IMG/VR virus record: IMGVR_UViG_3300024346_000003
Source: a virus
Lineage: Duplodnaviria > Caudoviricetes
Direction: 5' to 3' (one strand)
DNA: 64,000 nucleotides
A program made the translations under genes and the position numbers. Below are positions 49,899-58,922 of the stretch, one piece after another. The notes under the pieces were generated by a model. The model did not search any database and was not told the origin of the DNA. It was given only the letters and a program-made list of their open reading frames with translations. Every line of letters begins with the position of its first letter. The stretch's first letter is position 1.

Positions 49899-51706
49899 TA
49901 ATAGTCCATTTTAGGTTTTGGTGCATGTGCTGGCTCAGCTTCCCAAATTCTTTTTCTTCTTGGTGAAGGTTGTGCTGGTTTTGTTTCTGGAATTACCACA
50001 GGTTCTTTAACTGGGTTATTCAATGTAATAGAATCTAACATATCTTGCATTTCGTTTAATTTTTCAATTATAACATCGTTATTTGCAAATATACTATTTT
50101 TTTTCAAATTATCCAAAGATTCACTTATTTTAACACATTTATCTTTACCATTTTCAGTACCAGCGTACTTATAACCTTTCCAACATGCTTTACCATCAAC
50201 ACCTTTTATTTTATCTTCACCAACTATTTTAGATACTGGTGTTCTAGACCACATTTTACATGACCAATATTTAGGTGTAGTTCTATCTTTTGCTTGAGCA
50301 CATTTGTGTCTAGCTCTGAATGATTTTCTTCTTTTTGGGTCATCTCTTTTAATTTCCATATTTGGGTCACCAAAATTAACTTTAACCACATTACCTTTTT
50401 TATTTTTAACGTAAACTTTAAATTTCTTAACATCACCCTTTGTCGGTTTACCTAATGTAACTTTTCTACCTTGGTATTCAGCTTCATTAATCCCATTCCC
50501 AACAAATAATTGCGCAATATCACTTTCTGGCGATTCAACTGAACCATGATTATCTTCATATCCAGCTTCAGTATCACCGTCATAACCAAGTTGACCAGTT
50601 AAAAAATGATAAACTTCTTCAATATCATCTTTTGAAGTTGCTGCTAGATTTGAAATCCATTCACCATGGTTTAAAATCTCATTATCAACCATAAACACAT
50701 CCATATTTAATATTTCATGTGTTGCATGTTTTATCGTTTTCAAATTTTGAAATAACATATAATTATTAGATTCAGACTCTTCAGTCATTCTTTCTTGACC
50801 TTCTAAATAATGGTAAATGTGCTCAATATCATGAGTTGCTGTTGCAACATGGTCTAAAGCCCAACCATGACCATTATCTAATAAAGCACTAACTTCATTC
50901 ATATCCATACTCAATAATTCACAAGCATCTTCATATATTGAATAGATATCATTAAAAAACATTCCATTTTTTAATTCTTCACCACCTTGATTATCGTTAT
51001 TTTCATGTACTTCAAAATCATCACCAAATGCGACAACATTATCACTTAATAAATCATCAGACTCCCACATTTGATTTTCAGCACCTGGTGCAAATCTAGC
51101 ATCATTTGCAAAATATGATTTGTCAGCATTACCAGGTTGAAAACCTAAATCACCAGCTTCATCTAAAGGCTCTTCAGTTTCAGAATCAACATCTACTTCA
51201 TCATCACCCATATTTGCTTCTTCATCATCACCAGTATCAACATTAACATCAACATTAACATCTTTACCTTCATCACCAGAAGATTTAATTTTTTTGATTA
51301 TATCTTTTTGGTCTTCTTCATCCATTTCAGCAGTATGAGTCGCTGAAATTACAGAATTAATTGCAAATTTTTCTAAATCAAAATCAGGTTGACCTTTATC
51401 TTCACTATATTTTCTAAGTGTAGTACCTAATTTACCAGCAAGTTGCTGTATATATTTTTCTGGGTCCTCAGTTTCATCAGCTTCAATACCAGCATCGAAA
51501 GGTGTATCATCAAATGGTTTATCATCACCAGGTGCAGCTTCAGGTACCTCAGCATCCAAACCCATATCAGCTTCCTCACCACCAGTTACAGGAGGTGTAG
51601 AAACGTCCAAAGCTGGCGTACTAGGTGCAGCCAGCTTTAGTTTATATTTTACTTCTTCTTCTAGATTATACCCTTCCTCTTCATCAGCGAAAAGACCAGT
51701 AGACAT
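49898..51706 (-). CDS. Large acidic modular protein, probably internal head protein; possibly C-terminal part of a -1 frameshift fusion
   Basis: Many LxE/INE sites, basic module EAEYQGRKV..YWSC, repeated HGxW..A...DIExxYHxL; frame open upstream through A10 tract. Confidence 0.65.
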   Translation of the reverse strand: MSTGLFADEEEGYNLEEEVKYKLKLAAPSTPALDVSTPPVTGGEEADMGLDAEVPEAAPGDDKPFDDTPFDAGIEADETEDPEKYIQQLAGKLGTTLRKYSEDKGQPDFDLEKFAINSVISATHTAEMDEEDQKDIIKKIKSSGDEGKDVNVDVNVDTGDDEEANMGDDEVDVDSETEEPLDEAGDLGFQPGNADKSYFANDARFAPGAENQMWESDDLLSDNVVAFGDDFEVHENNDNQGGEELKNGMFFNDIYSIYEDACELLSMDMNEVSALLDNGHGWALDHVATATHDIEHIYHYLEGQERMTEESESNNYMLFQNLKTIKHATHEILNMDVFMVDNEILNHGEWISNLAATSKDDIEEVYHFLTGQLGYDGDTEAGYEDNHGSVESPESDIAQLFVGNGINEAEYQGRKVTLGKPTKGDVKKFKVYVKNKKGNVVKVNFGDPNMEIKRDDPKRRKSFRARHKCAQAKDRTTPKYWSCKMWSRTPVSKIVGEDKIKGVDGKACWKGYKYAGTENGKDKCVKISESLDNLKKNSIFANNDVIIEKLNEMQDMLDSITLNNPVKEPVVIPETKPAQPSPRRKRIWEAEPAHAPKPKMDY

Positions 51707-51726
51707 CCCATCTACTTTAGTTTCAA

Positions 51727-52512
51727 TTAAGCTTTTTTTTTTAAAGTATTTAACAATGCTTCTTTTTCAGATTCAGTTAATGAATTTAAAATACCACTTA
51801 CTTTATCAGAAGTATCTTCACCAATAATTGAATCCATTCTAGCCATTGCAGTTTCAATACTAAAACCTTTTTTAGATTCAGGTATATTTATTTCTTTTGG
51901 TGGGTTAGGTAGTTGATTAGGGTCATCTTCATTTCCCATAGTGTAATCAACATCATCTAACATTTCATCGATAGCCATTTCATTTTCAGATAATTTAACA
52001 GCTTCAAATTCATCATCAGCATCTTTGTTAGCAAGATTATCACCAAATTGACCTTCTTCCTTACCTTCTTTAGAATCGTAAGATAATTTTTCACCAGATT
52101 TATCTAAAATATCTTTAGATGCATCATTTTCAGCTAACAAATTGTCATCTACAAATGCATTGTAGCTACTAATTTTACCATGAGCTTCATTTAAACTCAT
52201 TAATTTTAAATTCAAATGTTTAATAGCTTTTGCGTATGATGGGTATACTTCAGATGTCTTATTCATCAAACCACCAATGTAATTGAAATCTTCAGTTACT
52301 AAATTTGATTGTTTGTCAGTTATTTTAATAAAATAATTGTGACCTTCTCTAACCACACCATAAACCTTACCATCAGGTCCTAATTTAGTCAATTCAACAA
52401 CAGAATTTTTAACGTCTTCATTTAATTGGGATTGACCCATTAATTCTCGCATTCTGTTAAGCTTATCATTACCTTTTAACCCTGTAGGTTTAACTATAAA
52501 TGGATTCTTCAT
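51727..52512 (-). CDS. Hypothetical late protein ending in A10 slippery tract
   Basis: 261 aa ending TTA AAA AAA AAA GCT TAA. Confidence 0.75.
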   Translation of the reverse strand: MKNPFIVKPTGLKGNDKLNRMRELMGQSQLNEDVKNSVVELTKLGPDGKVYGVVREGHNYFIKITDKQSNLVTEDFNYIGGLMNKTSEVYPSYAKAIKHLNLKLMSLNEAHGKISSYNAFVDDNLLAENDASKDILDKSGEKLSYDSKEGKEEGQFGDNLANKDADDEFEAVKLSENEMAIDEMLDDVDYTMGNEDDPNQLPNPPKEINIPESKKGFSIETAMARMDSIIGEDTSDKVSGILNSLTESEKEALLNTLKKKA

Positions 52513-52538
52513 TTTATATTGTTTTTTTAATTTTTTAT

Positions 52539-52796
52539 TTATAAGCTAATTGACCCCAAATATGGGCTACCATTAGTGACATCTTTATTAACACCAAGTA
52601 CATAACAACCAACACCACCAGATAGTGTATTAATACCTATGAATATACTAGAACTACTACCCATATCAATGCTATACCCATTAACAGTAATGGTGCAACC
52701 TGTTGGTCCACCATATATTTCATTATAAGTGTATGCTGTTAAGTTAGCATCAGCAATTGTATGACATACTGCACTTACTTCATTTATTTTTGCCAT
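52539..52796 (-). CDS. Small probable virion protein
   Basis: 85 aa, Gly/Ser/Thr-rich; double ATATTTAT at 52812-52825. Confidence 0.65.
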   Translation of the reverse strand: MAKINEVSAVCHTIADANLTAYTYNEIYGGPTGCTITVNGYSIDMGSSSSIFIGINTLSGGVGCYVLGVNKDVTNGSPYLGSISL

Positions 52797-52857
52797 AATA
52801 TATTATAGTTTATAAATATAAATATGCGAAAAGTCTAAAAAAGATATTTTTATAAAA

Positions 52858-52890
52858 TAAAAATGGGATACTTTCATACCCCATTTATTT
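52858..52890 (-). terminator. Intrinsic terminator
   Basis: minus strand ATGGGGTAT-gaaa-GTATCCCAT then T-tract. Confidence 0.75.
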
Positions 52891-52891
52891 T

Positions 52892-53302
52892 TTATTTTGA
52901 TTGACTGTCGGCAATTAACTTATTAATTCTATTTCTACCTTTCTCTCCGATTGGTATTGGATTACCTTCTTCATCAATTTGTACAAATTTTATATGTGTT
53001 TTTAAAACTAAAACTTGTTTCCCAGTATAAACATTATGGGCCCTGGCTTCCATGTATAACGTTACAGATGAATTACCAACTTGCGTTGGGTAACCATAGA
53101 TTTTAAGTAACTGACTTTCTCTAGCTGGCTTCTCAAAGATACATTTATCAATTGATACAGTCACCATTCTAGGTGTATCACACAATTGCATTGAATATGC
53201 AGCAGCTGCCGCATCAATCCAAGCCAATAGTTTACCACCGAACAAATTACCATGGAAACCTAAGTCTGATTTTTTAATTGGGTGTTGGTTTAATTGTTCC
53301 AT
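52892..53302 (-). CDS. Acyl-CoA thioesterase (hotdog, YciA-like)
   Basis: DLGFHGNLFGGKLLAWIDAAA..MVTVSID..GNSSVTL..FVQIDEEGNP. Confidence 0.9.
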   Translation of the reverse strand: MEQLNQHPIKKSDLGFHGNLFGGKLLAWIDAAAAAYSMQLCDTPRMVTVSIDKCIFEKPARESQLLKIYGYPTQVGNSSVTLYMEARAHNVYTGKQVLVLKTHIKFVQIDEEGNPIPIGEKGRNRINKLIADSQSK

Positions 53303-53805
53303 TATTTTAACACTTGTTTTATTTTATTAACATACCCCTCTAGTAATACAATCTTTCTTCTAATACTAATCTTATCCATATCCGCCAACATTCTTAAGTA
53401 ATCGTTTAATTCATCTAATTGGTTAAATTCTTCTTTTAAAAGTTTAGATGCTTCACTTTCCATTAATTCTGCCATATTGAGTTTATCTGAAATGTTTAAT
53501 TTTTTATCCCATTTTTCAACAACTTCAGGAAATGTGTTTTTAATTGCGTTCTGTTGTCTGATTGGTATATCACTTTCCATTAATCCTGATAAATTTACCT
53601 TTTGTGTTTTGAAAGTCATATCTTTATCTAACCCATCTAATAACCCAGTAGCTTCCCATTTTTTTATGGTTTTCTCTCGTTCCCATATTTTTATAAATGA
53701 CTCAATTGTGGGTGTATATATTCTTCTCTCCCACTCTTCAAAACTTATATGTGGTTCTTGATTTACAAATAAGTAATTTTCATATTGTGTTCTTAATGTT
53801 GCCAT
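53302..53805 (-). CDS. Hypothetical protein carrying capsid-propeptide-like motifs
   Basis: KWEATGLLDGL and KLNMAELMESEASKLLKE match the N-terminus of the window's capsid protein. Confidence 0.7.
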   Translation of the reverse strand: MATLRTQYENYLFVNQEPHISFEEWERRIYTPTIESFIKIWEREKTIKKWEATGLLDGLDKDMTFKTQKVNLSGLMESDIPIRQQNAIKNTFPEVVEKWDKKLNISDKLNMAELMESEASKLLKEEFNQLDELNDYLRMLADMDKISIRRKIVLLEGYVNKIKQVLK

Positions 53806-53808
53806 AAT

Positions 53809-54006
53809 TTATTTTTTATTTTGATTGACTGTCAATTGTTGGGGTCTTTCCACCCATTCTTTATATGAATAATCATATATAGAACCGTCACTAGATTCTA
53901 GTATAAATCTAGTACTAGATTTAAATCTTTCAATATCTGTCCAATCAGATATTTCAATATCTTTAAGGATATCACCTACTGGGTTTAATAATTTTAATTT
54001 AATCAT
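53809..54006 (-). CDS. Small hypothetical protein
   Basis: 65 aa in operon. Confidence 0.6.
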   Translation of the reverse strand: MIKLKLLNPVGDILKDIEISDWTDIERFKSSTRFILESSDGSIYDYSYKEWVERPQQLTVNQNKK

Positions 54007-54009
54007 AAT

Positions 54010-55263
54010 TTAATTGCTTAGTGGTGCTTTAATTGTTGGGTGTGATTGGTAGTCTTTTAAGATAAATCCATCTAACTCGTAATTATCAATATATGTTTCT
54101 TTTTCATATTTGAAAAATAATTTTGGTAGTGTATATGGTTCTCTTGTTCGTGTTGGTATATTCCATTGGTCAATTTCAGAATGCGATAATGTACTACTGT
54201 CTCCACCGTTATAAATTTGATTAAACATTTCTTGATTAACCATCGCTCTTCGTTCATCTAAAGTTAACTCTCTACCAATCTGTTCCTTTGCTTGTTCAAC
54301 ATGATTCAAATACAAATGTGTATCACCCAAGTTACCAATCAATTCATCAGGAACCATATTGACTTCCTTAGCAATGATTTCTAATAACAAACCATAAGAT
54401 GCAATATTGAATGGTAAACCTAAGAATGTATCTACTGAACGTTGATTCCACATTAAAGAGATTGCTCGTTTAGGAATGTTAAATGAGTTTAGTTTTTTAT
54501 GACCTTCATAACTTTCTACATAATCAATCTCCCACATTCCTCGTTTGCCTGTTTCATTTTGATTTTGTTGATACCATAGTTCAATACGTTCTTCCAAACT
54601 CAACACTCTTGTAAAAAACTGAAAATCTGTATGACAAGGGGGTAATACCATTTCATTTAATTCACCAACATTCCAAGCAGAAACTCTATTGCGTCTGGAG
54701 TCTGGGTCTGTTTTAAGTAAATTGATTGCGTTTTGTATTTGGTCTGTTCCTTTAATACCGTAACCTCTTTCTTCAGTTTGAGGCTCATAACCCCAATTTC
54801 TCCATTGTTTACCATACACTGGACCTAATTCACCCCACTTGTTAGCAAACTCATCATTAGTTTTTATTTTATTAATAAATTCTTCTTGTGTTAATAATCT
54901 TGAAGTTGCATTATAAATAGGTCCTTCTACAATAACTATATCTTTATTAATTTCTAAATTAAGATTTATGTTTTGATTTTTGTTAATAAAATTTTTATAC
55001 GCATCACCATCCCAAATGTGACAATTATTATCAATAAGATATTTAATGTTTGTATCACCACGTAAAAACCACAACAATTCTGTTACAATTCCTTTGAAAT
55101 ACATCTTTTTTGATGTAATCAGTGGAAAACCATCTGACATCTTGTGTCTGATTTGCCTTCCGAATACAGATATCGTACCTGTTCCAGTACGGTCTTGCTT
55201 GGTTACTCCGTTATCTAGGATATCTTGGAGTAGGTCTGTGTATTGTTTATCTAGTTTGTTCAT
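54010..55263 (-). CDS. thyA: Thymidylate synthase with insertions
   Basis: DRTGTGT, ELLWFLRG, LGPVYGKQWR, VSAWNV, LPPCH, QRSVDTFLGLPFNIASY, DTHLYLNH. Confidence 0.97.
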   Translation of the reverse strand: MNKLDKQYTDLLQDILDNGVTKQDRTGTGTISVFGRQIRHKMSDGFPLITSKKMYFKGIVTELLWFLRGDTNIKYLIDNNCHIWDGDAYKNFINKNQNINLNLEINKDIVIVEGPIYNATSRLLTQEEFINKIKTNDEFANKWGELGPVYGKQWRNWGYEPQTEERGYGIKGTDQIQNAINLLKTDPDSRRNRVSAWNVGELNEMVLPPCHTDFQFFTRVLSLEERIELWYQQNQNETGKRGMWEIDYVESYEGHKKLNSFNIPKRAISLMWNQRSVDTFLGLPFNIASYGLLLEIIAKEVNMVPDELIGNLGDTHLYLNHVEQAKEQIGRELTLDERRAMVNQEMFNQIYNGGDSSTLSHSEIDQWNIPTRTREPYTLPKLFFKYEKETYIDNYELDGFILKDYQSHPTIKAPLSN

Positions 55264-55406
55264 TTTAAATATTTTGTTTTATAGTCTAGCACTATTAATA
55301 TTGCTTCTCTTATTTTTTCATCATGTGTTGATTCATGTAGTAATTTTAACGTCTTATCAAAATCATCTATAAGATATGTATCGTATTGTTTATCTAGGCT
55401 GTTCAT
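55260..55406 (-). CDS. 48-aa ORF starting with a copy of the thyA 5' end
   Basis: MNSLDKQYDTYL...KYLK*; ATGA overlap with thyA start. Confidence 0.6.
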   Translation of the reverse strand: MNSLDKQYDTYLIDDFDKTLKLLHESTHDEKIREAILIVLDYKTKYLK

Positions 55407-55623
55407 TGTATTTTTTTATAAACCATTTAATTCCTGTTATTTTATGAAGGTAGTATAAAACAATCTTTTTCTTATTTTTAGTCCATATTTTTCTTGTTCC
55501 ATTCTTATCTGAAAATATCATATATGGTGTTTCAATTAGGATATAAGGTGTATAGACTATTTTAGATTCGACAATCCTTTCCTCCATCGTAATATTAATA
55601 GTCGGTATTTCTTCTTTATTCAT
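55390..55623 (-). CDS. Small hypothetical protein
   Basis: 77 aa, overlapping both neighbours. Confidence 0.6.
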   Translation of the reverse strand: MNKEEIPTINITMEERIVESKIVYTPYILIETPYMIFSDKNGTRKIWTKNKKKIVLYYLHKITGIKWFIKKYNEQPR

Positions 55624-56047
55624 TAGTTGGGTTAAAATATTTTTCTATTTTATTAACTAAATTCATTAGTTTTGTTTCTTTGAATTCAGAATTGGTGTCA
55701 AAATCAGTAATGATTAATTCCATATCATCGATTATGGATTGTTGTTTTAATCTAAGTTCTTCTTGTTTAAGTTTATCAATTTCTTCTTCAATAACTTTAG
55801 CATCAACAACATCACCTTTTTCAACTGAGTGTAATTTTATATGTGAATTTAGAATAATACCCTGACTTTCTGCGGTTTCAAATCGTAAATAATCAGATGG
55901 TGAAACATCCATGTAGGTATATTGTGCACCACGCTTGAATGTAATTGTTAATCTTTTAGATTCTTTATCATACTTTGATGATAAAATATTTGATGAGTCA
56001 TAAGTTGCCTCAATCAAATTTTCAGTTTGTTTTCTTTTTAATAGCAT
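55616..56047 (-). CDS. KTSC-domain protein
   Basis: DSSNILSSKYDKESKRLTITFKRGAQYTYMDV...F..AESQG. Confidence 0.85.
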   Translation of the reverse strand: MLLKRKQTENLIEATYDSSNILSSKYDKESKRLTITFKRGAQYTYMDVSPSDYLRFETAESQGIILNSHIKLHSVEKGDVVDAKVIEEEIDKLKQEELRLKQQSIIDDMELIITDFDTNSEFKETKLMNLVNKIEKYFNPTNE

Positions 56048-56262
56048 AATTTATTACTTGTTTTATAAGCTTTTATTTCTGATAAATTAAATACGTTATG
56101 GACATTATCTCCGTCAGCAGTAATAATTACAATTAAAAATCCATTACTTAAAAATATTCTAGCATCATAATATTTGATATTCGTTATCGATACCCTCTGA
56201 CTATCATTATATTTTAAAATTTCAACTGATTTGTAATACACTCCATTTTCCATAATTATCAT
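56038..56262 (-). CDS. Small hypothetical protein
   Basis: 74 aa, first gene after promoter 56281-56311. Confidence 0.65.
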   Translation of the reverse strand: MIIMENGVYYKSVEILKYNDSQRVSITNIKYYDARIFLSNGFLIVIITADGDNVHNVFNLSEIKAYKTSNKLCY

Positions 56263-56280
56263 TTAAACTTTACTTACGTG

Positions 56281-56311
56281 CAAATATACTGATATTTATT
56301 TAAAAAAACAA
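56281..56311 (-). promoter_or_regulatory. Bacteroidota-type promoter
   Basis: TTGTTT-N17-TATATTTG on minus strand. Confidence 0.7.
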
Positions 56312-56314
56312 TAG

Positions 56315-56343
56315 TTGATTTTTACAAAAAAAATAAGTACTTT
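56315..56343 (+). promoter_or_regulatory. Sigma70-like promoter for clpC (divergent)
   Basis: TTGATT-N17-TACTTT. Confidence 0.45.
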
Positions 56344-56360
56344 TAACAAAATTTTTTAAT

Positions 56361-58880
56361 ATGAATAGAGAGATTATACCAAAATTAAAAATCATTATCG
56401 GTGAAGCTGTTAAAGAAGCTCGATTGATGGATGATACACTAGTAAAGCCAGAACACATACTAATTTCAATAATTAATGACAATGATAATGCGTGTTCAGA
56501 TACATTAAAAAGTCTAGGACTTAATTTAGTATTACTTAATGATTGTTTAATTCTTGAAGTTAGAAATTCAAATCTAACACCTAGAATTGATAATAGCACT
56601 AAAGTAACCGTACCTTTTAGTAAAGAAAGTAAATTATTATTTAAAGCTGTTGATTTTGAATCTAAAAGTTTAGGTGATAACCACATAGACACAACACACA
56701 TCATGATGGCTATGTTAAATACAAATAACAAATTAAATATTAGAAAATTATTAAATAGTACTGGGATTTATTATGATAAATTTATAAGCGCAGTTAAACA
56801 AATACGAGATATGTTGAATGAAGAAAATAATTCATCAGATGATGAAAGTGAATTTGATTATTCTAATAGTGAGAATGATAGAAAAGATAAAAAACCAAAA
56901 AGAAGTGCACCTAGTAAAACACCAGTTCTAGATAATTTCTGTACCGATATTACAAAATTAGTTGATGAAAATAAAATTGACCCAGTTGTTGGTAGAAATA
57001 AAGAAATTAAAAGAGTTACTCAGATTTTATCAAGGAGAAAGAAAAATAATCCAGTATTAATCGGTGAAGCTGGTGTTGGTAAAAGTAGTATTGTTGAGGG
57101 TATCGCATTATTAATTAAAAGTGGGTCAGTACCCAGAACATTAATGGGTAAAAAAATCTATTCATTAGATTTGGCATCAGTTGTTGCTGGTACTAAATAC
57201 CGAGGTCAATTTGAAGAGCGAATTATAGCTATTTTAGATGAACTAAAAGTTAATACTGATATAATCTTATTCATTGACGAATTACACACCTTTATAGGTG
57301 CTGGAAATGCATCAGGTTCGCTAGATGCATCAAACATATTCAAACCAGCATTGGCTAGAGGTGAAATTCAAGTAATTGGTGCAACAACATTAGATGAATT
57401 TAGAGAGCACATCGAAAAAGATAGTGCATTAACTAGAAGATTCCAACAAGTATTGGTCGAAGCAACTACCGTAGAAGAAACTAAAATTATCTTAAATAAT
57501 ATTAAAGATAAATATGAAAAATACCATAAAGTAACTTATACACCTGAAGCTATTGACGAATGTGTTAAAATGGCTGATAGATATATTACCGATAGAGCTA
57601 TGCCAGATAAAGCAATTGATGTTTTAGATGAAGCTGGTGCAAGTACAAATATTGCACATGAACTTCCAGAAAATATTAAAAAACTAGAACTTAAAAAAGA
57701 TGACATATTAAAAAAGAAATTAGAGGTTGTCCAAAAACAAAAATACGAAGAAGCTGCTGAACTTAGAGATGAGGAAAGAAAGGTGAATGAAGATTTAGAC
57801 AAAGCTAAAAAGAATTGGATAGAATCTTTAGATAAAAAAAGAACAATAATTGATGTTAATTTAATTGCTGAAACAGTATCAACAATGACTGGAATTCCAT
57901 TAAGTAAAATCTCCTCACAAGAGAATAAAAAACTTATGTCAATGGATAAGGATTTGATGGGTAAAGTAATTGGTCAAGATGATGCAGTACTTAAAGTGAT
58001 TAAAGCTATCAAAAGAAATCGTTTAGGTATTAGAAATAGAAATAAACCAATCGGTTCATTTATTTTCTTAGGACCAACTGGTGTTGGTAAAACACATTTA
58101 AGTAAATTATTAACTGAAGAGATATTTGGTGATTCAGATGCATTAATTCGTATTGATATGAGTGAATACATGGAAAAACATTCAGTATCTAAATTAATTG
58201 GTTCACCTCCAGGATATGTTGGGTTTGAACAAGGTGGTCAATTAACTGAAAAAGTTAGAAGAAAACCATATTCAGTTATTTTATTTGATGAAATTGAAAA
58301 GGCACATGATGATGTATTCAATATCTTACTACAATTACTAGATGAAGGTCAATTAACTGATAGTTTTGGTAGAAAAATAAACTTCAAAAATTGTCTAATA
58401 ATACTTACATCAAATGTTGGTGCTAAAGAATTGACTAGCTTTGGTAAATCTATGGGGTTCCAAACTGATTCTGTTATTTCTAATGAAGAAGAAAGAACTC
58501 GTTCAATTATTGAAAAAGCACTTAAAAAGAAATTCAAACCAGAATTCTTAAATAGACTTGATGAAATTATAGTCTTTAATAGCTTAAAAGAGGAAGATAT
58601 TCATAAAATAATCTATAACGAACTTGATAAATTAAAAGAACGTGTATTAGAAATGGGTTATAATATTAAAATAAATAAATCAGCTATAGAATTTGTTGCT
58701 AAAAATGGGTATGATGAAGCTTATGGTGCCAGACCATTAAATAGAGCAATCCAAAGATACATTGAGGACCCAATTGCTGATGAAATTTTAAGTGGTAATT
58801 TCAAGGAAGGTGAAACTATAAACATAACCTTAGATAAAACCAAAAACGAAATAGTAATCAAAGGAGATAAAACTAAATAA
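56361..58880 (+). CDS. clpC: ClpC-type AAA+ chaperone
   Basis: Clp N repeats, GEAGVGKS, LFIDELH, short UVR-like M domain (QKYEEAAELRD), GPTGVGKT, FDEIEKAH, GARPL. Confidence 0.9.
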   Translation: MNREIIPKLKIIIGEAVKEARLMDDTLVKPEHILISIINDNDNACSDTLKSLGLNLVLLNDCLILEVRNSNLTPRIDNSTKVTVPFSKESKLLFKAVDFESKSLGDNHIDTTHIMMAMLNTNNKLNIRKLLNSTGIYYDKFISAVKQIRDMLNEENNSSDDESEFDYSNSENDRKDKKPKRSAPSKTPVLDNFCTDITKLVDENKIDPVVGRNKEIKRVTQILSRRKKNNPVLIGEAGVGKSSIVEGIALLIKSGSVPRTLMGKKIYSLDLASVVAGTKYRGQFEERIIAILDELKVNTDIILFIDELHTFIGAGNASGSLDASNIFKPALARGEIQVIGATTLDEFREHIEKDSALTRRFQQVLVEATTVEETKIILNNIKDKYEKYHKVTYTPEAIDECVKMADRYITDRAMPDKAIDVLDEAGASTNIAHELPENIKKLELKKDDILKKKLEVVQKQKYEEAAELRDEERKVNEDLDKAKKNWIESLDKKRTIIDVNLIAETVSTMTGIPLSKISSQENKKLMSMDKDLMGKVIGQDDAVLKVIKAIKRNRLGIRNRNKPIGSFIFLGPTGVGKTHLSKLLTEEIFGDSDALIRIDMSEYMEKHSVSKLIGSPPGYVGFEQGGQLTEKVRRKPYSVILFDEIEKAHDDVFNILLQLLDEGQLTDSFGRKINFKNCLIILTSNVGAKELTSFGKSMGFQTDSVISNEEERTRSIIEKALKKKFKPEFLNRLDEIIVFNSLKEEDIHKIIYNELDKLKERVLEMGYNIKINKSAIEFVAKNGYDEAYGARPLNRAIQRYIEDPIADEILSGNFKEGETINITLDKTKNEIVIKGDKTK

Positions 58881-58882
58881 TT

Positions 58883-58908
58883 AAAAACCCACAATTGTGG
58901 GTTTTTTT
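58883..58908 (+). terminator. Intrinsic terminator
   Basis: AAAAACCCAC-aatt-GTGGGTTTTT. Confidence 0.85.
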
Positions 58909-58922
58909 ATATATTTATAATT

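Noticed and set aside
54010-58880. Inteins in ThyA, ClpC or terminase
   Set aside because: No C/S-start and HN-C/S/T-end motifs or LAGLIDADG blocks in the extra segments.
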